From NCBI RefSeq assembly GCF_001447785.1, contig NW_015172014.1:268868-332867 (forward strand): 64,000 bases of DNA, written 5' to 3'. Made by a program: the position numbers and the translations under genes. The stretch is from Gekko japonicus (taxonomy: Eukaryota). Of the stretch, positions 53,558-64,000 are shown piece after piece. The stretch's first letter is position 1. Each line of letters opens with the position of its first letter. The notes beneath the pieces are model-generated. The model saw nothing but the letters and a program-made list of their open reading frames with translations. It made no database searches and had not been told where the DNA came from.

Positions 53558-56500
53558 GTGAGTCCGGCCGGGGCCGCCCCTCTTTCTCCNNNNNNNNNNN
53601 NNNNNNNNNNNNNNNNNNNNNNNNNNNNNNNNNNNNNNNNNNNNNNNNNNNNNNNNNNNNNNNNNNNNNNNNNNNNNNNNNNNNNNNNNNNNNNNNNNNN
53701 NNNNNNNNNNNNNNNGTGCTGGGGAGGGGGGGGTGCTTCTCGGGCGCATGGTTCGAAGGGAGGGGGAGGCCGGCGTGCTCCGGGGGCAGGGCAAGGGCCC
53801 TTCCCCTTCTCCCGCGCGCTCCGGATCTCGCCCGGCCGCCTTTCGAGTGTTTTTAGTTCGGTGCCCTTTTTGGCTTTCTGGCTCCGGAACCCTTGGAAAC
53901 TACACCTCCCAGACTGCGCCGGGGCGTGGCCATTTTGCTCGGAGCCTGGGGCTTGGTCGCTGCATGCTGGGAAGTGTAGTCGGCTACTCTGGGAGCAAAG
54001 GGGGGGGGACAGACATGTCCTTGCTCCTTGGCGAGTTAGGGCTCGGAGACTTTCCCGAGGGCATTTTGGGAGTTGTAGTTCACAGGGCGGTTCTTTACTC
54101 CTGTTGACTCGACCCTCCCCAGGGTCTTTTTTGGAGTCTGCTGGCCTCGTTGCAGCACTGGGAATTTTTCCCCCTGCCAGGTTTCACGCTAAAGAGGTGC
54201 CAAATAGCAAAAAAGCAGCTCTAAGAACGTACAGGCATAGGGTTGCAATCCTCCATGAATTACAACTGGCTTCTGGACAGCAGAGATCCGTTTCCCTGGA
54301 CATAATGACTGCTTTGGAGGGTGGACTCTTCAGCATTATGGACCCAGTGAAAGTTCCGCCCCCAGATTTTCCTCACCCACAGTTGGTAGCCCTAGATTTT
54401 GAGGCTCCCAGGCAAGTCAGAGTCTCCCCCCGCCCCTTCAAGTTCTTTCTTGCTTTAGGAATCAAGCTCTGAGCTTTAGGGAGATGGTTTCCCGTGATCT
54501 CTGTGTGGCACTGCCATTTGGAATATGGTCCTTTCTCCTTTAATCTTCATGCCAAAGGTTGATCTTGGTTAATCTCTAATCATCTTTTGTGTGTGTCCAC
54601 ATGTGCCGATTTTCTTGTGGGATTACGGTCCCCTCTGGTTGGTGTGTGAAAACGTAAGCCCTGTGGCGGGGCTTGGGCTGCTCTTAAAAGCTCCGGCGAG
54701 CCATCCTGTCCCAGGGAACTGTTCTCTGAGCCGCCGGGGAGCTGTAATTGAGCTACTCGGTCTGGAAGTCGGGAGGGGTGCTGTCTTGGGGGCTCCCCCG
54801 GGCAGCCTGGGGACTGACCTTCTCTGTCTGCCTTGCAGGAGAATGACTGGACTCCCTCTGGCTCGAACTCCCCCATCCGCCCGGAGAGCGTGGTGGACAG
54901 TGACGGCTGGGAGTCAACCCACTCAGACCTGCACACCATTGAGACCTTTGTGAAGAAGGCCAAGTCCTCGAAGAAGAAAGCGGCCTTCCGCCGCCTGAAA
55001 TCGGACAGCTCGCTGCTGGAGAAAATGAAACTCAAGGACTCCCTTTTTGACTTGGACCCTGTGGGCAAGCAGCCGCCCCCGCTCGCGGGCCCCAAAGCGA
55101 ACGCCGAGAGAAAGAAGGACAAGAGGAACCGCAAAGCCGCCCTGGAGGCTGGGGGCCCCAAGCGGAGCCGGGGGGACCCGGGTGGGGAGAAGCGCTCACG
55201 CATCAAAAAGAGCAAGAAGCGGAAGTTGAAAAAGGCGGAGCGCTCAGAGAAGAAGCACAAGGCTTCGCTGAGTGAGACGGACTCGGAGGAGGAGGAGACG
55301 GCGACAGCGGCGACGCCTCAGGCAGGGGCAGCCCTGCGGCCGGGCAGGGAGGAGGAGGGGGCGGCCACGGCACTGGGCAGCGCGACGGCCCCCCCGGAGC
55401 TCTTGGCAGCCGGTTTCCCCATTAAGGGTGAGGACACAGAAGGGAAGGAGGGCATCAGCACAGAGACCAGCCAAGACGGGGACGGCAGTTCCAGCGAAGG
55501 TGAAATGCGGGTGATGGACGAGGACATCATGGTGGAATCAGGTGAGGCGTTCAGGGAGCGCGTCCGGCCCATGAGTTGTTGCTTTCCTTCCCATAGTCAT
55601 CTGAACCCCTTTTTAATGCCAAAGGGGGGGGGGAGGACCTGTGTCATCGAGTGCCCGCAGAGTGTCACCTCAATTCGCTTTACCATGTGGCTGTGTAAAG
55701 TGGGACTGGGTGACTAAGAGACATGCCCCATCTCAGGTCTTTGTGTGCCTCCAGTCCCGTGCCCCAGTGACACGCACTGGATGGAGCGCCATTCTTAAGT
55801 TTAGTAATATCTTGGTGGCTCTGGTACAGGGCCTGGATGTGGTGTGGTCTAGTTAAAAGCCACTGGAATCCCTGTGAAGCACTTGACATCTTTTTAAGAG
55901 AAACAAATATGCTGCCGGTAGATATCTGACTTTCTTAAGAAGATAATAGGTGGGTTTCTTGAGTCAGAGCATGAATCCTAGCAACTGGTGGGCCTGAAGA
56001 AGAAGAAGAAAAAGAAGAGATTGGATTTGTACCCCGCCCTTCACTTGGAGTCTCAGAGCGGTTTACAAACTCCTTTCCCTTCCCCTCCCCACAACAGACA
56101 CCCTGTGAGGTGGGCGGGGCTGAGAGAGCTCTGACACAAACTGCTCTTTTTCAAGGACAGCTGTGCCAGAGCTTGTCACTGACCCAAGGTCACACCAGCA
56201 GCTGCAAGTGGAGGAGTGGGGAATCAAACCCGATTCTCCCAGATTAGAGTCCGCACACTTAACCACTACACCAAACTGTCACTTACAGTGGCCTGCCTGC
56301 CTGCCTTGTTTGAATGCAGAGGTCTCCACTGTGGTGCCCACTGACCCCTTCCTTGGCATCCACCAAGTGTTTTTAGAAAGTGGGCAGCAGGTGAGACTTT
56401 CGCCCAGCAAGGCTTCTGATTGGCTGTGCAGATGTTTAAAAACCTTCTTTGGCCGCAAGTGCCACCACAGCTGACTGATGGTGAGCCAGGGAAGCCATTT

Positions 56501-57875
56501 TGCAGCTGTGTCTGAACTCCAAAGGTCCTCACAGGCTCAAAAGAGTTGGGGACTCCTGGTCTGATGGGTAGTGTGGATTGACTTGCACTTCTGGCATGTG
56601 ACAGTTTTGCATCTTCCTCCGTTAGAGTTCTCTTTTCCCTTTCCCCCCTACTCTATTGGTTTTAATCACAGAGCTGCTGGACTTCAGTGACATCTGGCTT
56701 TTAAGAATTTCTTTTCTGCTCACAGTTCCAGGCATGAGCCCCGCCACTTCCAACGCTGCAGCATACACTGAGTCAAATCCAGATTACGAAAAATTTGTAG
56801 TTTGTTGCTCATAGCTCATGTTTTTTCTAGGCACAGGGAAATCCCAGGAACAGTGAAAGAGCACTGCAGTACGTGTGTATCCCAACTGCGAGGCTTCTAA
56901 TTAAGTGCCGCCCTGTTTTTCAGGGTCCACTATATTCACAAGCTTATATTTGCCTCCCCAAGAGCTAGGACACAGGTGTCAAACTCAGTCATCATGAGGG
57001 CCGGATCTGACATAAACGCCACTTTGTCGGGCCGGGCCATGTGTGCCATAAAATGTAATGCCAAGTACTGGAGATATAAACTTTATCAAGGACACCGGCA
57101 AACCCAATTAACAATATATTATTTTTTAACTCAAAATACAAACAAAAGCAATTGATTTCCTGGGGAACTCAGAAAAGCCCCAATATATGTGTTTAATCAG
57201 ATGCAAGACTAGGTTTCTTTCAATGGATACCATAAAAGGGGAAGCATATTATATTTCCATACATACCAGTTGCTTGCAGGCTGGGTAAGAGCCCTAGACG
57301 GGCCTTACGTTTGACACCCCTGAGCTAGGAACTTAAAAATGAGGAGCTGGGAAAACGAAACCAAGAGCTGGCATTCTAGCGCTGATCACCTTGTGACAGA
57401 TACCAAAAAAGTTCAGCATCCTCAGTGATCAATGGAATTGACTGGTTACGAGCTGACTCTCTTCTCTAAACCAAGAGCTGGCATTCTAGCGCTGATTAAT
57501 TTGTGACAGATACCAAAAGTGTTCAGCATCTTCAGTGATGAATGGAATTGACACAGGCCTGGTTACGCGCTGACTTCTGACTCTCTTCTGTTCCTTCTCC
57601 ACCTTCCGGTTGCTGCTGCTCCAGGGGATGATTCATGGGACCTCATCACTTGTTACTGCCAGAAGCCATTTGCCGGTCGGCCGATGATTGAGTGTAACCA
57701 ATGTGGCACCTGGATCCACCTCTCGTGCGCCAAGATCAAGAAGACCAACGTTCCTGACATCTTCTATTGCCAGAAGTGTAAAGAAAGCTCTCGAAAGCAG
57801 CCGCCCCCGTTGCTCCCTCCAGCGGCTCCTGGAGCCGCAGCTGCCGTTGCGTCCAGGGGAAGCGGGGAGCCCTAG
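53465..57875 (+). CDS. PHF23: PHD finger protein 23, 5'-partial: join(53465-53557, 54839-55541, 57625-57875)
   Basis: [139 protein letters not shown]; C4HC3 PHD finger. Synteny and the SGEP end favour PHF23 over PHF13. Confidence 0.93.
54839..55541 (+). CDS. PHF23: PHF23 large central exon
   Basis: tgcag| ... |gtgagg; 703 nt; Lys-rich and acidic tracts. Confidence 0.93.
56971..57322. mobile_element. hAT MITE family D (TIR CAGGGGTGTCAAAC)
   Basis: Perfect TSD agctagga. Confidence 0.82.
57625..57875 (+). CDS. PHF23: PHF23 last coding exon (PHD finger)
   Basis: tccag|; CYC..C..C..H..C..C..C; TAG. Confidence 0.95.
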
Positions 57876-59049
57876 CCTGTCAGGGGAGGATGGCTTTGGG
57901 CCGGACTGCCACCCCAGAGGGACAAAAGACTGGACAGGGTGGGGAGTCTGTTCTGGATTGGTATCCAAATGAGCCTTGGTTCCTCGGGGTATTTGGGCTG
58001 GTGACAGACCCAGTGCTGAAGGGAGGGGGGGTCCTACCCTCAAAAAAATCAGCAGATGCTGCCTGGCAGTTACATACCCCTCACCTCAAACCCCTCCCCC
58101 TTGGGGGGGGTTGATCCTGGCCCACCTCCCTATTCTCTGACGGAGAGGAAGGTATTGCCAGGTTGAAACGGTTGAGGAGAGTGAAACTGGACAACAAAGC
58201 GGTTCCTGTTTTGTACCTTGGGGATGCACATAATGCTGGGAAGGGGGGCAAGGACAGTAGAAGTGTTGGGGGTAGAAGTATCTTCTTTTCCCTAGCTCTT
58301 CCCCAGCAAAGCTCACTTGTAAATAGACAGAAAGCAAAGGTTAGGTTCTCCCCCACCCCCATGCAGGGATTTTTGTCTGTTTCCCTGTTGGTAAACTTTT
58401 TGTACACACCCCTCCCCTTCTGAACTCTTCAAAGTATTTGTCTCGTTCCTCCAGAAGCAGGGCTCTAAGGCACAGGGTGCGATTGCTGAAAGATGCTTAG
58501 GGTTACTAGTTGAGATGAGACAGGATCCAGGTGAAAATATCATTTTTTAAAAAATTAATCCTTAGGCTTTTTTGTTTTTTTGGCTTTTTAAAATGCTCCT
58601 AGGAAAGAGATCGGGGAGGAGACAGAAGACTTTGCTTGCCAAGAGTTAATTCCTGCAAACTTTAGTATAAAAGCAAACTTTTTTTTTTTCGGGGGGGGGA
58701 TAGTCTAGGGAGCCCCATGTGATTTTTTTTTTTTGCTGTTCTCAAAATAAGAAAGGACAATGTGTTTTCTGACTTGGTGATTTGGAAGAGCAGGGAGGCT
58801 AAGTACTGGTGTTCCGACAGAGAGCTAGAGAGCTTGGTGGCGAATGAAGACTGCCACAAACTCCCCTCCCCAGGATGTTCCTGGTTCACAGAGCTCTGGT
58901 TCTGTTGCCCTCCCTCTCCGTCCCAACCGGTGCCCCACTTCAGGTTAGCCTTTTGATCTGTGGGGATTTTGTTTCTGAGGTCCCCTTCCCCGATTCCCTC
59001 TTTTGCTCTAATATTTGCAGCGGTGTACATGGCGGAGTTTCTGAATGTA

Positions 59050-59055
59050 AATAAA
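59050..59055 (+). terminator. PHF23 polyadenylation signal AATAAA
   Basis: Canonical hexamer preceded by TGTA and followed by GT/T-rich sequence. Confidence 0.7.
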
Positions 59056-59849
59056 AGATGTGGACCCTTTTGGCGTTTGTACAGACGGCTGTGATGTTCA
59101 TTAATATTCTGTGAGTTGTCTGTGTTCAGAGGCAGGGGAAAGTGAGGGGCAAGGCCAACTTCAAGGGAGCCAACTCTGATCAGGAAAGGAACCTCGGGCA
59201 GATCAGGAGAGGGAGGGCAGGAAGGGTTGCCTCAGTGCTTCGTTTTTGTGACAATTTTTTACACACCCAGGGAAATGCTGATCGCCACTTTGGGGTCAGG
59301 AAGCAATCCTGGAGGGTTTTTGTCATCTTTTGGGTGTGGAATAGCGGTCACTGTGGGTGTGGTGGGGGAGGCATTTGTGAATTTCCTGCATGGTACAGGG
59401 GGTTGGACTAGATGACCCTGGAGGTCCCTTCCAACTCTATGATTCCTGCCCTGCCCACAGGGCTTTCTCTGCATGGCAGTTTGGTTGCCGTCAGCATCCC
59501 CCCCCCCACAGGTTGCCAATTCCAGGTTGGGAAATTCCTGGAGATCAGGGGGTGGGGTTTGGGGAAGGACGTCAGCTGGGTATGATACCCTAGACCCCAC
59601 CTTTTAGAGCTGCCATTTCCTCCAGTGATCCCTGGAGACTGGAAATTAATTTCCAACTACAGATCTCCCGAGCCCACCTGGAGGTTGGCAGCCGCATGGG
59701 AGGCCTCGCAGTCTGGGCGGTGCTGCCTCCGACATCAGGGCTCTTGGCCTAGCGCCCTTCCATCCTTCCGTGTTGTGGCGGGCAGTTCCGTACGCTGAAT
59801 GGGTTGCCTCTCCCCTCCAGGGATCGCTCCGAGGCTCAAAGAGCAGCAG

Positions 59850-60333
59850 GGGCCTCTGACCGCGTGCAGAGTTCCGCCGTCCTCGGTTTCACCCTCTTTC
59901 TCTTCCCTTTTCGCATTTCCTGTGCTCGGTGGGCGGGACTTCCGTTTCTCACGTGACACGAGGCCGTCCCCGTCAGGACAAAGGAAAGTCTATTTTTTTC
60001 CCCACGGCGGTGCTCCGCCCCTCGCCGCGCGTGCGTCATTTTTTCACTCATCCACGTAACGCGGCTGTCACATGACCCGGCCGTTTCTGTCGCTGGCCGC
60101 GCTTGAGGGGCCCCCTTTTCCCTTCGTCACGTGACGCGGCCCACGCCCCGCTCCCTCCCGACGGCTGGTAACGTTGCTACGCGATGACGTAAGGACGCGC
60201 TAGGGGGCGCCGCCGCCTTCGTTCTTGCGCCCGAGAGACGTCCGGGACGCGCCCCCCCCTCTCCCCGCGCGAAGCTTTCTTTCGCGTCCGCCCGCACGGG
60301 TCCCGCTCGCCGGGCTGGGCGCGCGCGGTTGCC
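59850..60333 (+). promoter_or_regulatory. DVL2 CpG-island promoter with GTCACGTGAC (60126-60135), TCACGTGAC (59949-59957), GTCACATGAC (60067-60076) and CRE-like TGACGTAA (60185-60192)
   Basis: CpG-dense region upstream of the ATG at 60334; motifs read directly. Confidence 0.75.
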
Positions 60334-60542
60334 ATGGCGCTGGCCGCCCCCTCCGGGCCGGGCGCGGCCCCGCCGGCGGCGGCGGGCGAGACGAAGGTGA
60401 TCTACCACCTGGACGAGGAGGAGACGCCGTACCTGGTCAAGATCCCGGTGCCCGCCGACCGCATCACCCTCGGCCACGTCAAGGCCGCCCTGGCCCGCCC
60501 CGGCGCCAAGTACTTCTTCAAGAGCATGGACCAGGACTTCGG
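60334..60542 (+). CDS. DVL2: DVL2 exon 1 (coding)
   Basis: GCCATGG start; donor GG|gtacgc. Confidence 0.93.
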
Positions 60543-63017
60543 GTACGCGCCGGGCCTGCCCTGCCCTGCCCGCGCTTGTGCGTCTCGGCCGCACTGGGGG
60601 CTCGAATCGCCACCTCCCGGTGGGGAGACTCCTGCAGGCCCGGGGGTGCAGCCCGGGGAGCAGTGCTCCCTCTAAGCTGTGGAGTCTTGTGAGCAAAAAA
60701 TCTACTTTGCGAGCTCCTGGCATTCCAAGTTGGGAGCGAGCGATGTGGCTGCTCTGCAAAAAGTAGTTTGCTCTTCTGGAGCCACCCTTCCTGAGCCGAG
60801 GCAAAAAATGCCTGAGCCGGAGGCTAAAAAACTGGGAGCTAGCTCACACCGACTCAGCTTAGAGGGAACATTGCCGGGGAGGGATCTCGGCAGGATGAGT
60901 CCGCTCTCCACAGCGGCCGCCGTTTTCTCCGGGGAAACGGACCTCCGTCATTCGGAGATGGATCATCACTCCAGGAGATGCCCAGGTTGCCCCTGGGGGA
61001 CAGCAGCCCTTGTGGGGGCACTCCCTTAGCTGTTGCACCCGTGGCTGGCCCACTCCAGCACTGGCTGGTTTCTGTGCACTGCTGGTATAGCCGCCCCCGA
61101 CAGCCACAGGGTGGTGGTGGTGGTTTGGTCCCTGAGAAGTCCTGTAGCCAATAGCTGTTTTTTCTTTCTGTTGTAGGGTCGTGAAGGAGGAAATCTCAGA
61201 CGACAACGCCAAGCTCCCCTGCTTCAACGGCAGGGTCGTTTCCTGGGTACAAAACGGGCATTACCCCGTGCAGGACGCTTGCAATGATCTTGCATTGTCC
61301 GGCCCTAAATCCAGTAGCTTGTACACTGGAGGGGTGGAGTTCTCCTCACTGTGTTCGAGGAGATCACTGGTTCAAAGATGGCCAGAGATGAGCTCTTCCT
61401 CAGGTGCAGATCTGCATCTGAAATAGGAAGATAGCTATACTGGCCTGCTTCACAGGGATGTTGCAACAAGACCATATGCTTTGTTCACAGAAAGTGCAAG
61501 AAGAATTCTAGGTGCTACTATAACAGTGCCTCGGACACAAGCCTTGTTTGGGCTCTCGTTCCCTAATAGCAATGTGGACATTATTCGTTCGTATTAAGAG
61601 GACACAAACCCACACCAGTTTTGCAAAATAGGAATGACTGGCTTTTGGGTCAAGGAAATGAGAAATACTGATGTTTTCTTGTGTATTATTTTAGCTGCAT
61701 GCAATTGACATGATATTTCTGTTCTGCTTTTATACTAACGTAATACGGCAGGCAGTGTTATAAAGCTTCTTTTTCAAGGGTTTTTTTGCTCTTTAGGACT
61801 TTAGGACTGCTTTCCGTCTTGGACAGCCGGATTCAGTTAGCCCTGGGAGTGGGGGAGAGATAGTTAGATTCAAAACCAGTGGCACCTTACAGACCAACAA
61901 AACTAAAAAAACCCAAAGCTCCCTCCTTCAGATACAAGTTGGAATGGAGATCCCTGAGTCTGTATTTCCTAGTCACAAGGTGGAAGGAGTATTGCCGACC
62001 GGCAAATGGCTTCTGGCAGTATTGCAAAGAGACTCAGGATGCAAAGGTATAATGAACATTGTACAGCAGCTTGATTAAAGCAGGAGAGAAATTCTCGGAG
62101 CCTGAAAATTAGCATCTTGTTGGTCTTTAAGGTGATACTGGATACTGGATCTAGCTGCTCTACTGTAGCCCAATATGGCCTCGGACAGTAGATCTCTTCC
62201 GTTATTTTGGAGACATAGAGTTGTGTTCCCAGCAGGTTTCTGGCCCCTTACATTTAGCCCCATGTTGCACCTTTGTGGTGTAAGCTAGGGAGCTGGTGTT
62301 TATGTTGCATTTGTTTCCCTTTTGCGGGATTGTGTGACATTTCCAGCAACCGGTTTCCTTACATTTCCAGGTCTTGATGTAAGTGGGTTGCCGTGAAGTC
62401 TTCGGGGGTCCGCTCATTCCTGTGCCAAATGAGTTTGAGTGAGGATGGAAGACAGGAAGGGGTCATATCCTGCTCACGTATACCTTATCCTTTTCCCCCC
62501 TCCTACACAGCTTGTGTCTTCAGAGACTCCTCAGCCTGAACCTCTGCCTCCACCCCCTCCCATAGAGGTACGGCCAGAACCTTCACCACCTCCACCACCC
62601 CTTCCTCCGCTGCCCGTGGAGCGGACGAGCGGCATTGGGGATTCCCGGCCCCCTTCTTTCCAGTGAGTAAAGGGAGACAGAATATGGGGCATCTTTCCGT
62701 GCAGGCCATGCGTCCCAGGGGTGTCAGGAGGGGAAGAGATTCAGCCACACAAAGCGGCCGTATTTGTTTCCTCAAATCTGTGGGGGGAATATTTCAGGGC
62801 CCCTGGAGACAACTGCACGTAGTGGTTCTGGGAAGGGGCCTCCTTGTGAAGCTTGAGCCGAGATTGCTGCAAAGTGTTCGTCAACAGGGTGTTCCCTGGT
62901 TTTGCAGTCCGAACATTGCAGGCAGTCGCGAGAATCTGGACCACGAAACAGAGCCAGAGTCGGTGGTGTCGCTCAGGAGGGAGAGGCCGCGCCGCAGGGA
63001 GAGCATGGAGCAGGGAG
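60334..63017 (+). CDS. DVL2: Dishevelled 2, 3'-partial (exons 1-4): join(60334-60542, 61177-61246, 62511-62662, 62908-63017)
   Basis: DIX domain [93 protein letters not shown]; DVL2-type residues and synteny. Confidence 0.95.
60661..60873. mobile_element. hAT MITE family A in DVL2 intron 1
   Basis: Perfect TSD ccggggag. Confidence 0.87.
61177..61246 (+). CDS. DVL2: DVL2 exon 2
   Basis: tgtag| ... |gtacaa; [23 protein letters not shown]. Confidence 0.95.
62511..62662 (+). CDS. DVL2: DVL2 exon 3
   Basis: cacag| ... |gtgagt; LVSSETPQ...[14 protein letters not shown]. Confidence 0.94.
62908..63017 (+). CDS. DVL2: DVL2 exon 4
   Basis: tgcag| ... |gtgagt; [36 protein letters not shown]. Confidence 0.93.
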
Positions 63018-63193
63018 GTGAGTTGGTGGGGGGACGGCATTCTTTTATTTTTATTTTATTTTACTTTATAAAAAAAAATTTCCCTACCGAAAGTGAAGGA
63101 GGATTCTGCAGTATGAGTCAATACATTCAATAGGGCAATGCTGCAGCTGGCCTTTCCAGCCCTAACAAAGATTTCCAATTTGATCTCTTAGAG

Positions 63194-63614
63194 CAGGGGT
63201 GTCAAACATGCAGCCCGGGGGCTGGATTAGGCCCCCAGAGGGCTTCCATCAAGCCCGCAGTGGAACTGGCCATCTCCTGCTTCCAGTTTTACTGCTGCAT
63301 CATAGCTTGCTTCACCAGACTCTCTTAATCACTCAGCCATTTCATGTTTTCACCTGGGTCCCAGACTCAGAACTCTGAGCATGAGATTTCTGTGGTGAAT
63401 GTCAATAAATCAAAAGTAGGTTTGCAGCTGACAGAGCTAATGTTTTAAGCATGTTTTTATTTTAAGTAAAAAAAAAACCCGTTGTGTTTGTGTCCTTTAT
63501 AAAGTTTATATCTCCGCTACCTGGCATCACTTTTTATGACACGCATGGCCCGACCCAACAAGGCCTCATTTATGTCAGATCCGGCCCTCATAACAAATGA
63601 GTTTGATACCCCTG
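63194..63614. mobile_element. hAT MITE family D, opposite orientation
   Basis: Perfect TSD tcttagag; shares internal sequence with 56971-57322. Confidence 0.83.
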
Positions 63615-64000
63615 TCTTAGAGCCTCACTTCAGCCTTCAGTTTGATTCAGCCTGGTGAACGACGCCTGTAGTTTTGAGGAAGAGAGATCTATGCGAGGCG
63701 TAGGGTCAGCCTGAAACAATACCAAAGAGAATGCTCTGAATTAACCAGGCTCCTTCTTGCTTGTTTCTTACCCTGCCGTTATTTAGTTTGCTTAATTTTT
63801 TAACGAAGGACGCATCTGTGACGTCCTCCTTATTGGGGAGGATTAGTTTCACTTTAAAAGTTCTCTTTATTTTGTTTAACTGGGTAGATTCTGCTGCCAC
63901 CAGGAAATTTTAAGGATTTCCAAACCTTTATGCGTTTACTTTTGCTCTTACCGGTTCGGTAGACCGAGTTTAAGGCTTACGAGGAACTATGTGGTCCTGG

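Noticed and set aside
52091-53794. Very long ORFs (567, 450, 417 aa) and similar ones near 16.1-17.1, 39.0-39.9 and 44.5-45.4 kb
   Set aside because: Length comes from runs of N; not real reading frames.
54580-55260. 226-aa antisense ORF over the PHF23 central exon
   Set aside because: Shadow frame of a GC-rich coding exon; no independent support.

Overview
Vertebrate genomic DNA from a squamate reptile (Sauria SINE, Squam-type tRNA SINEs, CR1, Penelope-like elements; probably a gecko, which is inference). It is a gapped draft assembly. The window holds five intron-containing genes, all on the + strand, in the order ELP5 (first coding exon not found, presumably upstream of the window) - CTDNEP1 (exon 1 probably in an N gap) - GABARAP (complete, 118 aa) - PHF23 (first exon(s) probably in an N gap) - DVL2 (first four exons). 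This block is syntenic with human 17p13.1. Exons were called by hand from translation similarity to the known proteins, with GT-AG boundaries and reading-frame phases checked. Introns are packed with hAT-type MITEs with 8-bp target-site duplications, SINEs (tRNA-, 5S- and Sauria-type), CR1/L2/L1 fragments, Penelope-like palindromes and many short tandem duplications. Most long ORFs in the supplied track are spurious or gap-spanning. The most notable observations are: (1) a tandemly duplicated, frame-shifting ELP5 exon; (2) ELP5 in tandem rather than head-to-head orientation with CTDNEP1; (3) an intact-looking minimal hammerhead ribozyme antisense in GABARAP intron 1; (4) a dense TACG/CGTA array in the GABARAP promoter; (5) CLEAR/M-box clusters upstream of both GABARAP and DVL2; (6) a Phe-to-Val change at the conserved DVL2 DIX F43 position; (7) a UGA-CGG stop in CTDNEP1 followed by 123 open codons. 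No wholly new protein-coding system is supported by the sequence.
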